Position numbers and translations under genes: made by a program | IMG/VR virus record: IMGVR_UViG_3300031088_000469 | Source: an uncultured virus (IMG/VR IMGVR_UViG_3300031088_000469) | Taxonomy: Duplodnaviria; Heunggongvirae; Uroviricota; Caudoviricetes | Length of the DNA stretch: 64,000 bases | Reading direction: 5' to 3' (one strand) | Part shown: piece by piece, positions 29,966 through 38,735 of the stretch | How positions within the stretch are numbered: the first letter of the stretch is position 1 | Layout of the letters: each line of letters opens with the position of its first letter | Notes under the pieces: model-generated | The model's database searches: none | What the model was told of the DNA's origin: nothing | The model's input: only the letters and a program-made list of their open reading frames with translations

Positions 29966-29995
29966 ACCTTACAGTAGTAGCTTCTCTCTTGTCAA
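29966..29995 (-). promoter_or_regulatory. SigA-like internal promoter
   Basis: TTGACA-18-TAAGGT. Confidence 0.6.
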
Positions 29996-30021
29996 GTCGA
30001 AACAAGAAGTTTTTTGAAACG

Positions 30022-30096
30022 TAGCGCAGACGGGACTCGAACCCGCAACCTTCGCCGTGAAAGGGCGATGCAACTAGCCGATTGTGCTACTGCGCC
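30022..30096 (-). tRNA. tRNA-Glu(UUC)
   Basis: Cloverleaf. Confidence 0.9.
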
Positions 30097-30337
30097 AAAC
30101 ACTAAGCTGAGTATGACCAACTTAGGATGCCGATGGATACATCATCATGCGCAGCGGTCAGGTATTCACCCGACATTCCTACACAAAGCGTTCCACCTCA
30201 ATATCAGCAACCTCCGGCAAGAGGTTTCATACTGCTGTCCTAGGGGTATACGGGCTAATACCTAGGAACCCAAAATGACCTTACCGGGTCATCCCGTTAG
30301 ATGATGAGTGTAGTCAAGACCTTCCTCATCATCTTTG

Positions 30338-30411
30338 TCGCTCAGGGCAGACTCGAACTGCCGCATAACACCGTTATGAGCGGTGCGCCTTACCATCTTG
30401 GCTACTGAGCG
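30338..30411 (-). tRNA. tRNA-CAU (Met)
   Basis: Cloverleaf. Confidence 0.85.
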
Positions 30412-30561
30412 TCAGAAGTCCATCGTACTGTCATCACGACGTTCGATGGACCTGATTGGTGATGCATGATAAGCGTGCAATAGCAATCACCGGGCAACAT
30501 CATTACAGCAACGGCACTCATTGCAACTACCATTGCACCGGTAGTCCTGTAAATCAGTGCG

Positions 30562-30643
30562 TGCCCGATGAGAGACTTGAACTCTCACGTCCGAAGACAC
30601 AGGAACCTAAATCCTGCGTGTCTGCCAATTTCACCAATCGGGC
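30562..30643 (-). tRNA. tRNA-Leu(UAG)
   Basis: Cloverleaf with variable arm. Confidence 0.9.
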
Positions 30644-30647
30644 ATTC

Positions 30648-30973
30648 TGGTGGTCCCTAGCCGGACTTGAACCGGCACCTCCGCCATCCTAATCGCATAC
30701 GCTGGGCGGCGCTCTACCTAAACCCACCTTTACAAGCCTTCCAGTGCGTTACTGACCTCCGATAATCACCTTTGCTAGTTCTCGTCTTACTCACGCAAGC
30801 AGTGTCCCCACAGCCTGTCAGGGGTTTCGCCCGACTCCTTTTTATAGCTTATGCGATTGTTACCGTAAGCTCTTACTTGCGCTTTCTTCCGAGTTTCACA
30901 TCGGCTTTCTCTTTGGTGTTCACACACCTTGTTTCTTGCTCCAACACCAAGGGTTCATTGAGCTATAGAGAAA
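30648..30973 (-). ncRNA. about 325-nt tRNA-scaffold RNA with a roughly 240-nt D-loop insertion
   Basis: 5' UCUCUA-UAGCUCAA ... GGUAGAGC; CCGCC/GGCGG arm with 19-nt loop; perfect T arm; 3' UAGGGACCACCA. Confidence 0.65.
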
Positions 30974-31032
30974 ATCTAGGTCCAAGTGTCATCTTATGCT
31001 TCCTGGTAATCAGGGCTGCTTGAACTCTATTG

Positions 31033-31123
31033 CGGAGAGGGTGGGATTTGAACCCACGGTAGGATGTGACACCTACGGCAGCTTTCGAAACTGCTGCACT
31101 AAGCCGGACTATGCGACCCCTCC
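31033..31123 (-). tRNA. tRNA-Ser(CGA)
   Basis: Cloverleaf with long variable arm. Confidence 0.9.
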
Positions 31124-31296
31124 AAAACTCATGTGAAGCTATCGATGGGCAGTTCCTTTCGGAATACATCACCTGCCGTCAACGTCTGCCGACGTATGAG
31201 ACGACTCGATACCACTTCACACCATCCACAACAGCGATACCATGCTGTTCGACGACTTTCTAATCCCTTTTTGGTATCTGAATCAGAACATAATTC

Positions 31297-31371
31297 GGGT
31301 GGACGACGGGGCTTGAACCCGCGACATCCGGCTCCACAAGCCAGCGCTCTACCAACTGAGCTACGCCCACC
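31297..31371 (-). tRNA. tRNA-His(GUG)
   Basis: Cloverleaf with G-1. Confidence 0.9.
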
Positions 31372-31411
31372 ATATCATTGCAACAAGCCAGTCACGCCGG
31401 TTGCGAACCGA

Positions 31412-31531
31412 CGACGCTTGGGGATTCGAACCCCGCATACAATGATGTGCTGCAAGTTTTCGGCTTTTCGTAACCGCAATGGGGTTGCGCCCCATCAGCC
31501 CCTCTACATAGGCTGTGAACTTACGAGCGTT
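31412..31531 (-). ncRNA. tRNA-like RNA: acceptor plus T arm carrying a multibranch domain
   Basis: ACGCU/AGCGU acceptor; GGGGUUCGAAUCCCC T arm; GUAAGUU/AACUUGC stem enclosing three hairpins. Confidence 0.55.
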
Positions 31532-31804
31532 CTTTTTTACATCTGAACGGGCATCGATTGCATTCATTTGCCTCGGTGCTTGAAGTGATGGTGTATTCGC
31601 ACAAGGGTTCACATAACCCCTCCCTCAGATTTGCCGTCTGCGACGATAGGCTCCTAGGACCGATCCGGTGTACAAGTGTGGAAGAACGCCTCTAATCGCA
31701 TCTCTACGTTCTCAGTAAGACTCACCCATGCGATGCGATTTCTCTACATACCTTGCGGCGTACATGGAAGCCTTGCCTTACTGCAAGTACCCGAAGGTAC
31801 TTTG

Positions 31805-31877
<73 letters not shown>

Positions 31878-32074
31878 GTATGTCGAAAGAGTGATCAAAC
31901 CCTTCCGACCCGAAACAGCCGAAGCCATTCCGTAGATTTCCTAACGGGATCAACCGAAGCATCTTCTTGACGTAAGACACCTAGAATCGCAACGACTTAA
32001 ATTCAGTTCAATGTCGTCATAGAACAGCCATTCACCCAGGCTTACCGGGACTTTCGTTTGGAAGACGAGAAGTG

Positions 32075-32165
32075 CGGAATCGGAGAGATTTGAACTCTCG
32101 GAACCCTTTGAGGGGTTCGCCACCTTTCCAAGATGGTGCACTCGGCCAGACTATGCGACGATTCC
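32075..32165 (-). tRNA. tRNA-Ser(GGA)
   Basis: Cloverleaf with long variable arm. Confidence 0.9.
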
Positions 32166-32361
32166 ATAAAGCCTTTTCAGTAAAGACCGCGAGCTATTGC
32201 AACACGGCACCCCAACTGAGTCATCCAAGGCAATTGCTCCTTTCAGTGGTATCACCGCCGATGTACTTTCTGACGGTTAGCCAGAAGTTGCATCAACGGT
32301 GCTGAATTGAGCGAGGACTAAAATGTTCTCCCATACCAAGGGTTACTTAGATTAGCCTTTG

Positions 32362-32450
32362 CGGAGTCGGAGAGATTTGAACTCTCGGTACCCTTTCGGG
32401 TACTCCACCTTAGCAGGGTGGTGCACTAAGCCAGACTATGCGACGACTCC
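32362..32450 (-). tRNA. tRNA-Ser(GCU)
   Basis: Cloverleaf with long variable arm. Confidence 0.9.
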
Positions 32451-32522
32451 ATTTTGCTCAACCAACTTCGTTGAGCTTGTTTCCTCTTTTGTGTTTTCAA
32501 GATTCGTTGTTGCTATAAACCA

Positions 32523-32552
32523 ACCTTAGCAGGCTGGTTTTCCTTTTGTCAA
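32523..32552 (-). promoter_or_regulatory. SigA-like internal promoter
   Basis: TTGACA-18-TAAGGT. Confidence 0.6.
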
Positions 32553-32596
32553 GTCGAAACCGAAGTTTCTTTGACATTTCCTACGACTGTAGGTTG

Positions 32597-32669
32597 TGGA
32601 CGTTAGGAGATTTGAACTCCTGACCCCTGCCTTGCAAAAGCAGTGCTCTACCAACTGAGCTAAACCCCC
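32597..32669 (-). tRNA. tRNA-Ala(UGC), one acceptor mismatch
   Basis: Cloverleaf, G3-U70. Confidence 0.8.
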
Positions 32670-32685
32670 AAGGGCACAAACAGAT

Positions 32686-32841
32686 TTTACGTGACGGGAC
32701 TTGAACCCGCAAGGAGACTCAGTGTGATATCCATTTCTAGATACCCGCCTACTCCGGTGGATGTCGCCCAATGCTTTACAGCCCACCGGCTGTAAAGTTT
32801 AGGTGCTAATCCACTGCGTTTGCCAATTTCGCCACACGCTA
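32686..32841 (-). ncRNA. tRNA-Leu-like RNA with an 87-nt structured anticodon loop
   Basis: Leu-type D arm GCG-AAAUUGGCAAA-CGC; CAGUG/CACUG stem enclosing 32725-32811; perfect T arm. Confidence 0.7.
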
Positions 32842-32889
32842 CTGACTGTTTGTGAAAGGGAACGAGCATGTCTGCCCTATTTACCTTTG

Positions 32890-32976
32890 CGGAGCGGGTG
32901 GGATTCGAACCCACGGTGGTTTTACCCACGGCAGTTTTCAAGACTGCTGCACTAAGCCGGACTATGCGACCACTCC
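32890..32976 (-). tRNA. tRNA-Ser(UGA)
   Basis: Cloverleaf with variable arm. Confidence 0.9.
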
Positions 32977-33415
32977 ATGTTGCTGGTAACTTTCTTCGGT
33001 TCGGTCAGTTCCTTTCGGAATACATCAACCTTGCCGCTTACTTGTCTATAGTCTGACAGAACCCAGCGATTTTGTCAACCCAATCTTATCGCGGCTGATT
33101 GGGAGTACCGCATTACCTCACGACGGGATGCCTTCGCGTCTAAGTAACTCTCCTACCCTATGGCATCAGGATATTGGAGCCAGAACTAATAAGTCTAGTC
33201 GGGGCTGCTCACGTTCAGCAACCCCTCGGGGCTTTCACCCTATCCCGGTCATACCCTCCCGGTCTGGACTAAGGACTCTCACCTAAATATGTGCTCCTAC
33301 GTAGTCTGTTACCATGCAGACGACCCATGAATTGTGGATCGTGCCGGTATCGAACCGGAACTTCTCGTAAGTGGTAGTGAACAGCAAGGTATTGCTCCTT
33401 GTCAATGCAGCTTCA

Positions 33416-33907
33416 TTATGCTGCGCTGTCCTTTTCGAATTGACTTTCATATCTGGCAACGATTGATTTAGCCCATATATACAGGTCAAAAGCACGAACC
33501 CCCGAAGGCTGCGGTTTTGTCCATAGCTCTAAGTTTTCAATCCTGTTGTCATCCCTCACACCATTTTTGTGGTGTACATTCTCTCCCGGTAATAGATACC
33601 TATTAAGATGATCCTCCATAACCAGAATGTGTTCGAAAACGTATTTCCTTTGAGTGTGAGCGAGCCTTGGGTGTGTTGGCATCATGACCATAATGTAGCC
33701 CTTTTGATGCTTTGTTTTCCCACCTTTACGAAGTGGATACGCCATACAATCGACGCAAGCTTCAGATTGGCGATTGATAACAACTCCGCACGAACACGTC
33801 TTGTTATCTTTAGCCTTGCCAGCACTTGCTCGGCATTTCATACAAGTTGCATGCCTATCGTTTGGCATGCGCGCAAACTCTTTTGTACAGACTTTGCATA
33901 TTCTCAT
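33416..33907 (-). CDS. HNH homing endonuclease (HNH_3-like)
   Basis: GYIMV..P.HP...YVFEH.LVME..L.R.L...ENVHHKNG.RDDNR.ENLELW; AT-richer than its flanks. Confidence 0.9.
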   Translation of the reverse strand: MRICKVCTKEFARMPNDRHATCMKCRASAGKAKDNKTCSCGVVINRQSEACVDCMAYPLRKGGKTKHQKGYIMVMMPTHPRLAHTQRKYVFEHILVMEDHLNRYLLPGENVHHKNGVRDDNRIENLELWTKPQPSGVRAFDLYIWAKSIVARYESQFEKDSAA

Positions 33908-33961
33908 TTTGAGATACTAGCATCTCCAACAAACATCGAGCAAAGGTTGATCGATATCTCT

Positions 33962-34350
33962 TGGAGATGGCGGGAGTCGAACCCGCGTGTTGCTTGATAA
34001 GTCGAAATCTTCTACGTGCGTAGTCCATTTGGGGCGTTTATCGACTCTGGCGGGTTGGTATGGACACCGGCTCGCTATCGTCTAACTACCATGATTACGA
34101 TACTTGCTACCCAGTAGTTAGGCGGCGTATCGGATTCCTCTTTGCTGATGCCTAGTTCCTGCCGTGAATCATTCTGCAATTGGAAGCTGAGACAGACTCC
34201 TTAGAGACCCTCAGCGATTAAGCTGCGAGTGCGAAGTCGTTGCGAGATGCGTTTGCATTTCTTTTTGCCCGATGTGATTTACGTGGTCACCAGACAATCC
34301 ACGGCACGCTTCCTTTCGCCTGTATCAACCAGTCGAAACCAAGCATCCCC
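33962..34350 (-). ncRNA. ssrA: tmRNA, tag peptide ANASRNDFALAA
   Basis: 5' GGGGAUGCUUGGUUUCGAC; 3' GCGGGUUCGACUCCCGCCAUCUCCA; tag frame 34256-34218 ending FALAA-stop. Confidence 0.95.
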
Positions 34351-34530
34351 TTTGGTGGACCTCTTCACGGAAAGCCCTGAGACCAGCCAGCCCGAAGGCT
34401 CTTTGGACACCGCCTCTTTCGAGGAAAGAATATGTGAAGATGGGGATGATTCGATTACACGGGTTCATCCTGACCTTGATACATCAACACCCGGGTCATC
34501 TTCCTGACCGTTCTACTAGATGCTAATTCG

Positions 34531-34700
34531 ATTCCTTGGTGGGGCTTGAACCCACATTCTTGACTACCCGCTGAAGCAGGTCTGTTTTACCAATCTACGA
34601 ATTAAACTACAGCTACCACCAGGGTCGCTGGGAGGATTCGAACCTCCATCTCTTAAGACCTACATATCGTAGGCGCGCACCGCCAATGTGCTTCAAGGAA
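34531..34700 (-). ncRNA. twin tRNA: a circularly permuted tRNA nested in the anticodon position of an outer tRNA
   Basis: Two D arms and two T arms; outer acceptor UUCCUUG/CAAGGAA; inner loop-closed acceptor CAGCGACC/GGUAGCUG. Confidence 0.7.
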
Positions 34701-34722
34701 AAATTGCGGCGAAAACGCCTTG

Positions 34723-34795
34723 CTCCCCCACGTGGACTCGAACCACGAACCGTTCGGTTAACAGCCGAATGCTCTGCCAATTGAGCTACAGAGGA
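34723..34795 (-). tRNA. tRNA-Asn(GUU)
   Basis: Cloverleaf. Confidence 0.9.
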
Positions 34796-34853
34796 ATATG
34801 TCTGCGTAGCAATACCGACTCTACGGTACGATGCGCGTTACCACACCGTGAAG

Positions 34854-34926
34854 CTCCCCCAACTGGACTCGAACCAATGACCTAGAAGTTAACAGCTTCC
34901 CGCTCTACCAACTGAGCTATGGAGGA
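34854..34926 (-). tRNA. tRNA-Asn(GUU)
   Basis: Cloverleaf. Confidence 0.9.
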
Positions 34927-35089
34927 ATAGAGAGTATCTAGATTTTGAAGTTCATCAGGGTCTTCTCTCAGTTACCCACTAGTAGTGAACAAACATTCGC
35001 TTTCACGCATCACCTCGGGTGACGAACCCGAGGTGAATTACGCACTCAAACTCAACACGCCAGTCAGACGCACTAAGCAGTTTGTTACG

Positions 35090-35163
35090 TCGGGGTGACA
35101 GGATTCGAACCTGCGACCTTCCGCCCCCAAAACGGACGCGCTACCAAGCTGCGCTACACCCCG
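35090..35163 (-). tRNA. tRNA-Pro(UGG)
   Basis: Cloverleaf. Confidence 0.9.
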
Positions 35164-35213
35164 TGGTGTTTGTGTCTTGCTGTGTTATTGCAAAAGGGTT
35201 TGGGAACCCTTCG

Positions 35214-35285
35214 TCGGAATAGGGTGGATCGAACACCCGACTTTCAAGCCCCTAACTTGACCGCATACCGCTTGCGTATATTCCG
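35214..35285 (-). tRNA. tRNA-Pro(AGG)
   Basis: Pro-type acceptor CGGAAUA/UAUUCCG-A; stem UCAAG/CUUGA; loop UUAGGGG. Confidence 0.85.
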
Positions 35286-35301
35286 AAAATCTTCATTACT
35301 G

Positions 35302-35375
35302 TGCGCCTGGCGGGACTCGAACCCGCACTGTACTGATTTTAAGTCGGCTGCCTCCTGCCATTGGGCTACAAGCGC
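35302..35375 (-). tRNA. tRNA-Leu(UAA), short variable loop
   Basis: Cloverleaf, loop CUUAAAA. Confidence 0.85.
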
Positions 35376-35419
35376 AGGTAGGCTTCTGGCTATGCTGGTT
35401 ATTCTCAGCCTACAACCCG

Positions 35420-35501
35420 TACCCCTAATCGGACTTGAACCGATACTCCGTGAGGAAGCGCATTTTGAGTGCACCGCGTCTGCCAATTCCGCCATAGGGG
35501 C
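35420..35501 (-). tRNA. tRNA-Leu(CAA)
   Basis: Cloverleaf with variable arm. Confidence 0.9.
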
Positions 35502-35532
35502 ATGTACTTTTGCTCTGTTGTCTTGTTCCACA

Positions 35533-35562
35533 ACTGTACACCACCGAATCCGATGTTGTCAA
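35533..35562 (-). promoter_or_regulatory. SigA-like internal promoter
   Basis: TTGACA-18-TACAGT with TG extension. Confidence 0.6.
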
Positions 35563-35639
35563 GCTAAGATTGCGGGGTCATCCACCCCATACGGTGATGA
35601 GCCGTATGGTTGAGTCATCATCTCAATGAAGTATTCCCC

Positions 35640-35726
35640 TGGTGCGCGCGGAGGGACTTGAACCCTCACGTCCTTACGAACACTAACCCCTCAAGCTAGC
35701 GCGTCTGCCAATTCCGCCACGTGCGC
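35640..35726 (-). tRNA. tRNA-Leu(GAG), CCA encoded
   Basis: Cloverleaf with variable arm. Confidence 0.9.
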
Positions 35727-35833
35727 ATATCGTATATTTGAGTCGATACCTCGACTTGCACTATCCAGCTAACCTGACCGCACTACTACTGTTGTACTTC
35801 TTTAAACGCCCTCGGTGCGGAGAGTCTGTTTTG

Positions 35834-35905
<72 letters not shown>

Positions 35906-36003
35906 GCATCCAGAATGCTAACAGATGGAGCGGCGCGAAATTGTATAGTCACCGTTCTGGAATGCTCGGCGGTTGCATGACCTAAGTCACACCTCGCCTT
36001 GTG

Positions 36004-36075
36004 CTCCCCCACCAGGATTCAAACCTAGACCTAACAGCTCCAAAGGCTGTCGTGCTGTCGTTACACTATGGGGGA
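36004..36075 (-). tRNA. tRNA-Gln(UUG)
   Basis: Cloverleaf. Confidence 0.85.
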
Positions 36076-36124
36076 TCATGCCCTTACGAGCAATCTGCGC
36101 ACACTAAGATCCGTGTGCAAGTAC

Positions 36125-36210
36125 ATGATAAGCGAGCAGGAATCGAACCTACCTATCCTGACGTGCGCCAGACGGTGCCATTACCTTACCAGCGACCTAT
36201 CTCTTATCAT
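36125..36210 (-). ncRNA. tRNA-like RNA with extended (about 11-bp) acceptor stem and non-canonical anticodon arm
   Basis: AUGAUAAGAGA/UCGCUUAUCAU stem; GUAGG-UUCGAUU-CCUGC T arm. Confidence 0.5.
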
Positions 36211-36214
36211 TACG

Positions 36215-36286
36215 CTCCCCGACCAGGACTCGAACCTAGAATAACTGGACCAGAACCAGTCGTGTTGCCAATTACACCATCGGGGA
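36215..36286 (-). tRNA. tRNA-Gln(CUG)
   Basis: Cloverleaf. Confidence 0.9.
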
Positions 36287-36403
36287 ATACATGCATTTAG
36301 GGCTGCTTGTTCACCACGATGCAAAGGAAATTCCCTTAGGCTTGACGGCGGTTCGTCACTCTGTAAGAGGCATGTCGTAGGAGCCTCACCCTTGTGTTAT
36401 GCG

Positions 36404-36477
36404 CTCCCCACCTAGGACTCGAACCTAGAACCCTTTGGTCCAGAACCAAATGCAACTGCCAATTGTGCTAGCGGGGA
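36404..36477 (-). tRNA. tRNA-Gln(CUG)
   Basis: Cloverleaf. Confidence 0.85.
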
Positions 36478-36636
36478 AGGTGGTTATTGAGTCTCTTCAA
36501 TAACCCCTCTGGGACTGACACCAGAGAATTGGGTCGTGATACAAGGTCTAATCCTTGCTAGGGCGTATACAACTCCATGACACCTCGCGGCTTATCAGCG
36601 GGTTCATATCACAACAATGAGGTAGCAAGCTACCAG

Positions 36637-36711
36637 CGTCTATGACGGGACTCGAACCCGCGACTTCCACCGTGACAGGGTGGCACTCTAAACCGACTGA
36701 GCTACACAGAC
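36637..36711 (-). tRNA. tRNA-Asp(GUC)
   Basis: Cloverleaf. Confidence 0.9.
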
Positions 36712-36717
36712 ATGTTT

Positions 36718-36790
36718 TGACGAAGGCGAGACTCGAACTCCCATGCACGAGTTTTCAGACTCGCTGGCTGACCAATTAGCCCACTTCATC
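36718..36790 (-). tRNA. tRNA with 8-nt anticodon loop UCUGAAAA (Phe GAA-like)
   Basis: GAUGAAG/CUUCGUC acceptor; GGCU/AGCC D stem; GCGAG/CUCGU stem. Confidence 0.7.
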
Positions 36791-36965
36791 GGGTGAGGAT
36801 TTCTCCCTCCCTTTTGCATCGAGTAGAACCACACCACGGTCCTATACGCGCTCTCACGCCGCATTCTGGTTTATGCTAACTCGAAACCATGACATCCTGC
36901 ACTGCTAGTTTCTGATTGGGGTACCTCCGCACAGTCTTGTTCAGCACATTCCGCTTTAGGTTTTG

Positions 36966-37035
36966 TGAGATTTGCTGATTTGAACAGCGTCTCCCACCTT
37001 CTCGGCGGGCGCTCTAACCATTGAGCTATTATCTC
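36966..37035 (-). ncRNA. tRNA-like RNA with non-canonical anticodon loop
   Basis: D and T arms intact; 6-bp stem with GAGAA loop; acceptor only 5 bp. Confidence 0.5.
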
Positions 37036-37140
37036 TGTTCCTTTTTGTGATGTGAACAGCTTCTAACCGCTCCTGTGAGAAGCGGCACCACGAAACCTAA
37101 CCATCATTTCATCCTGAGCCTCACAGACCCAGGACTACTG

Positions 37141-37213
37141 CTCCCCCACGTGGACTCGAACCACGAACCATCTCATTAACAGTGAGACGCTCTGCCAATT
37201 GAGCTACAGAGGA
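37141..37213 (-). tRNA. tRNA-Asn(GUU)
   Basis: Cloverleaf. Confidence 0.9.
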
Positions 37214-37311
37214 ATATCCTTTGGTATACGGAAGGAAAGTCCGTGTTCAAGCCTCACTACTGCCTTCGACGAGAGGTCTCGCAGGGATGATGAACATTAT
37301 CGGCTATACCG

Positions 37312-37385
37312 CGACTCTAACGGGACTTGAACCCGCGACTTCCACCTTGACAGGGTGGCACTCTAACCAACTGAGCTATAGAGCC
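37312..37385 (-). tRNA. tRNA-Asp(GUC)
   Basis: Cloverleaf. Confidence 0.9.
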
Positions 37386-37514
37386 AAACGTTGTCAAGCC
37401 TTTGTGACCGCTCTGCGATCACTAGTACACCGTGCCACGGCGCTTGACTGTTACCCCTTATGCTTTGGACACTTACCTTGTACTTCGGTTCGTGCTACCC
37501 GCCACAATGGCATG

Positions 37515-37587
37515 TGCTTCCCGAGAATTTCGAAATCTCGACCCTCCGGTTAAGAGCCGGATGCTCTATCCTCTGAGCTAGAGAAGC
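37515..37587 (-). tRNA. tRNA-Lys(CUU)
   Basis: Cloverleaf. Confidence 0.9.
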
Positions 37588-37926
37588 GTATGGTTGACGG
37601 TGTGGAATTCTCACCCACGAAGCTTCGTTCCTGAATCTACACGCTACTAGGAGTACGACTTCCTTTCACCCTTTCCTCAGTACTATGAAGCGCCGGTTTT
37701 ACCAACCGGTGTATTTGTTTACGTCTTTACATAACCGTCTTTCCCATTACTGGGAGGGATCGACCGTGTTAACCCGGTATGTGATTCCCTTTATCCATTG
37801 CTGGACATTTATGTGCGCGATACGAAGTCTGGGGCTGGCTATCATTATCCCCTTATCACTTCCGCCTTTTCGAGCCAGTACGGAACTTTGTATCGCTGTC
37901 CCCAACTACGCGCGTAGTTGAGTCTG

Positions 37927-38009
37927 TGGCAAGTGAGGGATTCGAACCCCCGAAGTCTATTGACGGCTGATTTACAGTCAGATCCCTTTGGCCGCTTGGG
38001 TAACTTGCC
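37927..38009 (-). tRNA. tRNA-Tyr(GUA)
   Basis: Cloverleaf with variable arm. Confidence 0.9.
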
Positions 38010-38103
38010 ATGCACGCAAACAGGGAGCGACCCTATCCACTTCGAACATTACGCTAGTGTTCGCTACGTCTAGTTTCTCTCGCCGGAGTGACTAGCAAAG
38101 AGG

Positions 38104-38185
38104 TGGTAGCTGAGGGATTCGAACCCCCGCAGGCTTAGCCGTCGCGTTTACAGCGCGGTGTCGTTGACCACTTGACTAAACTACC
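38104..38185 (-). tRNA. tRNA-Tyr(GUA)
   Basis: Cloverleaf with variable arm. Confidence 0.9.
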
Positions 38186-38436
38186 ATTACTGATGAGAAC
38201 GACAACCAAGTCCTTCATTTTGAGCCATTGGCTATATGACGGCATATTGGCTGCCGCCCTCATCAAACCTTGTCGTGCCTCCCTCGCTCCGAAGAGCTTG
38301 TGATTATACGATAAGGAGTGGAATAGGTTTTGGCGACCTATTCCCTTTCTTTATCCACTGTGTAGTTGCCAAGATGGGTAAGTTTCTACCCACATAACCT
38401 TCCTAGCATCTTCGTTTCCTCCGCTAGGGGGTTTTG

Positions 38437-38509
38437 CAGGGATGACAGGACTTGAACCTGCAACACCCGGTTTTGGAGACCGGTGCTCTACCAATTGAGC
38501 TACATCCCT
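38437..38509 (-). tRNA. tRNA-Trp(CCA)
   Basis: Cloverleaf. Confidence 0.9.
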
Positions 38510-38558
38510 ATATTGTGTTGTGTCTTGCTTTTCTGTGTTTCTCGGTTGCTATAGTTCT

Positions 38559-38587
38559 AACTTACCAGAGCTTCGTAACCGTGTCAA
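38559..38587 (-). promoter_or_regulatory. SigA-like promoter at the head of the RNA island
   Basis: TTGACA-17-TAAGTT with TG extension. Confidence 0.7.
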
Positions 38588-38661
38588 GCTATTTTCAGAA
38601 ATTCTTTGAGAATCTTTTGCGTGGTGCTGGTGGTGCTGTGTTTGTTGCTGGTGATACATGC

Positions 38662-38707
38662 AAAAAGCCGGGAGTCCCCGTGCTTTCGCTTTGGGTGACT
38701 CCCGGCT
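38662..38707 (-). terminator. intrinsic terminator or attenuator hairpin
   Basis: AGCCGGGAGUCACC...GGGGACUCCCGGCU-UUUU. Confidence 0.75.
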
Positions 38708-38735
38708 AATTATGCCTTGGGTAGGTTCAATGATC

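Noticed and set aside
31150..31180. Hammerhead ribozyme in the tRNA-Ser leader (UGAUG...GAAA)
   Set aside because: The core would need CUGAUGA and GAAA flanking stem II. Here GAAA is a tetraloop and the CUGANGA box is not intact.
33190..33285. rRNA fragment (GGGUGAAAGCCC resembles a 23S motif)
   Set aside because: The similarity is limited to a short loop motif, with no extended rRNA homology visible.
33488..33503. GGUUCGU inside the HNH ORF as the 5' acceptor strand for the orphan T arm at 33335
   Set aside because: It pairs at only 6 of 7 positions and lies within a typical HNH C-terminal coding motif (QPSGVR), so it is likely chance.
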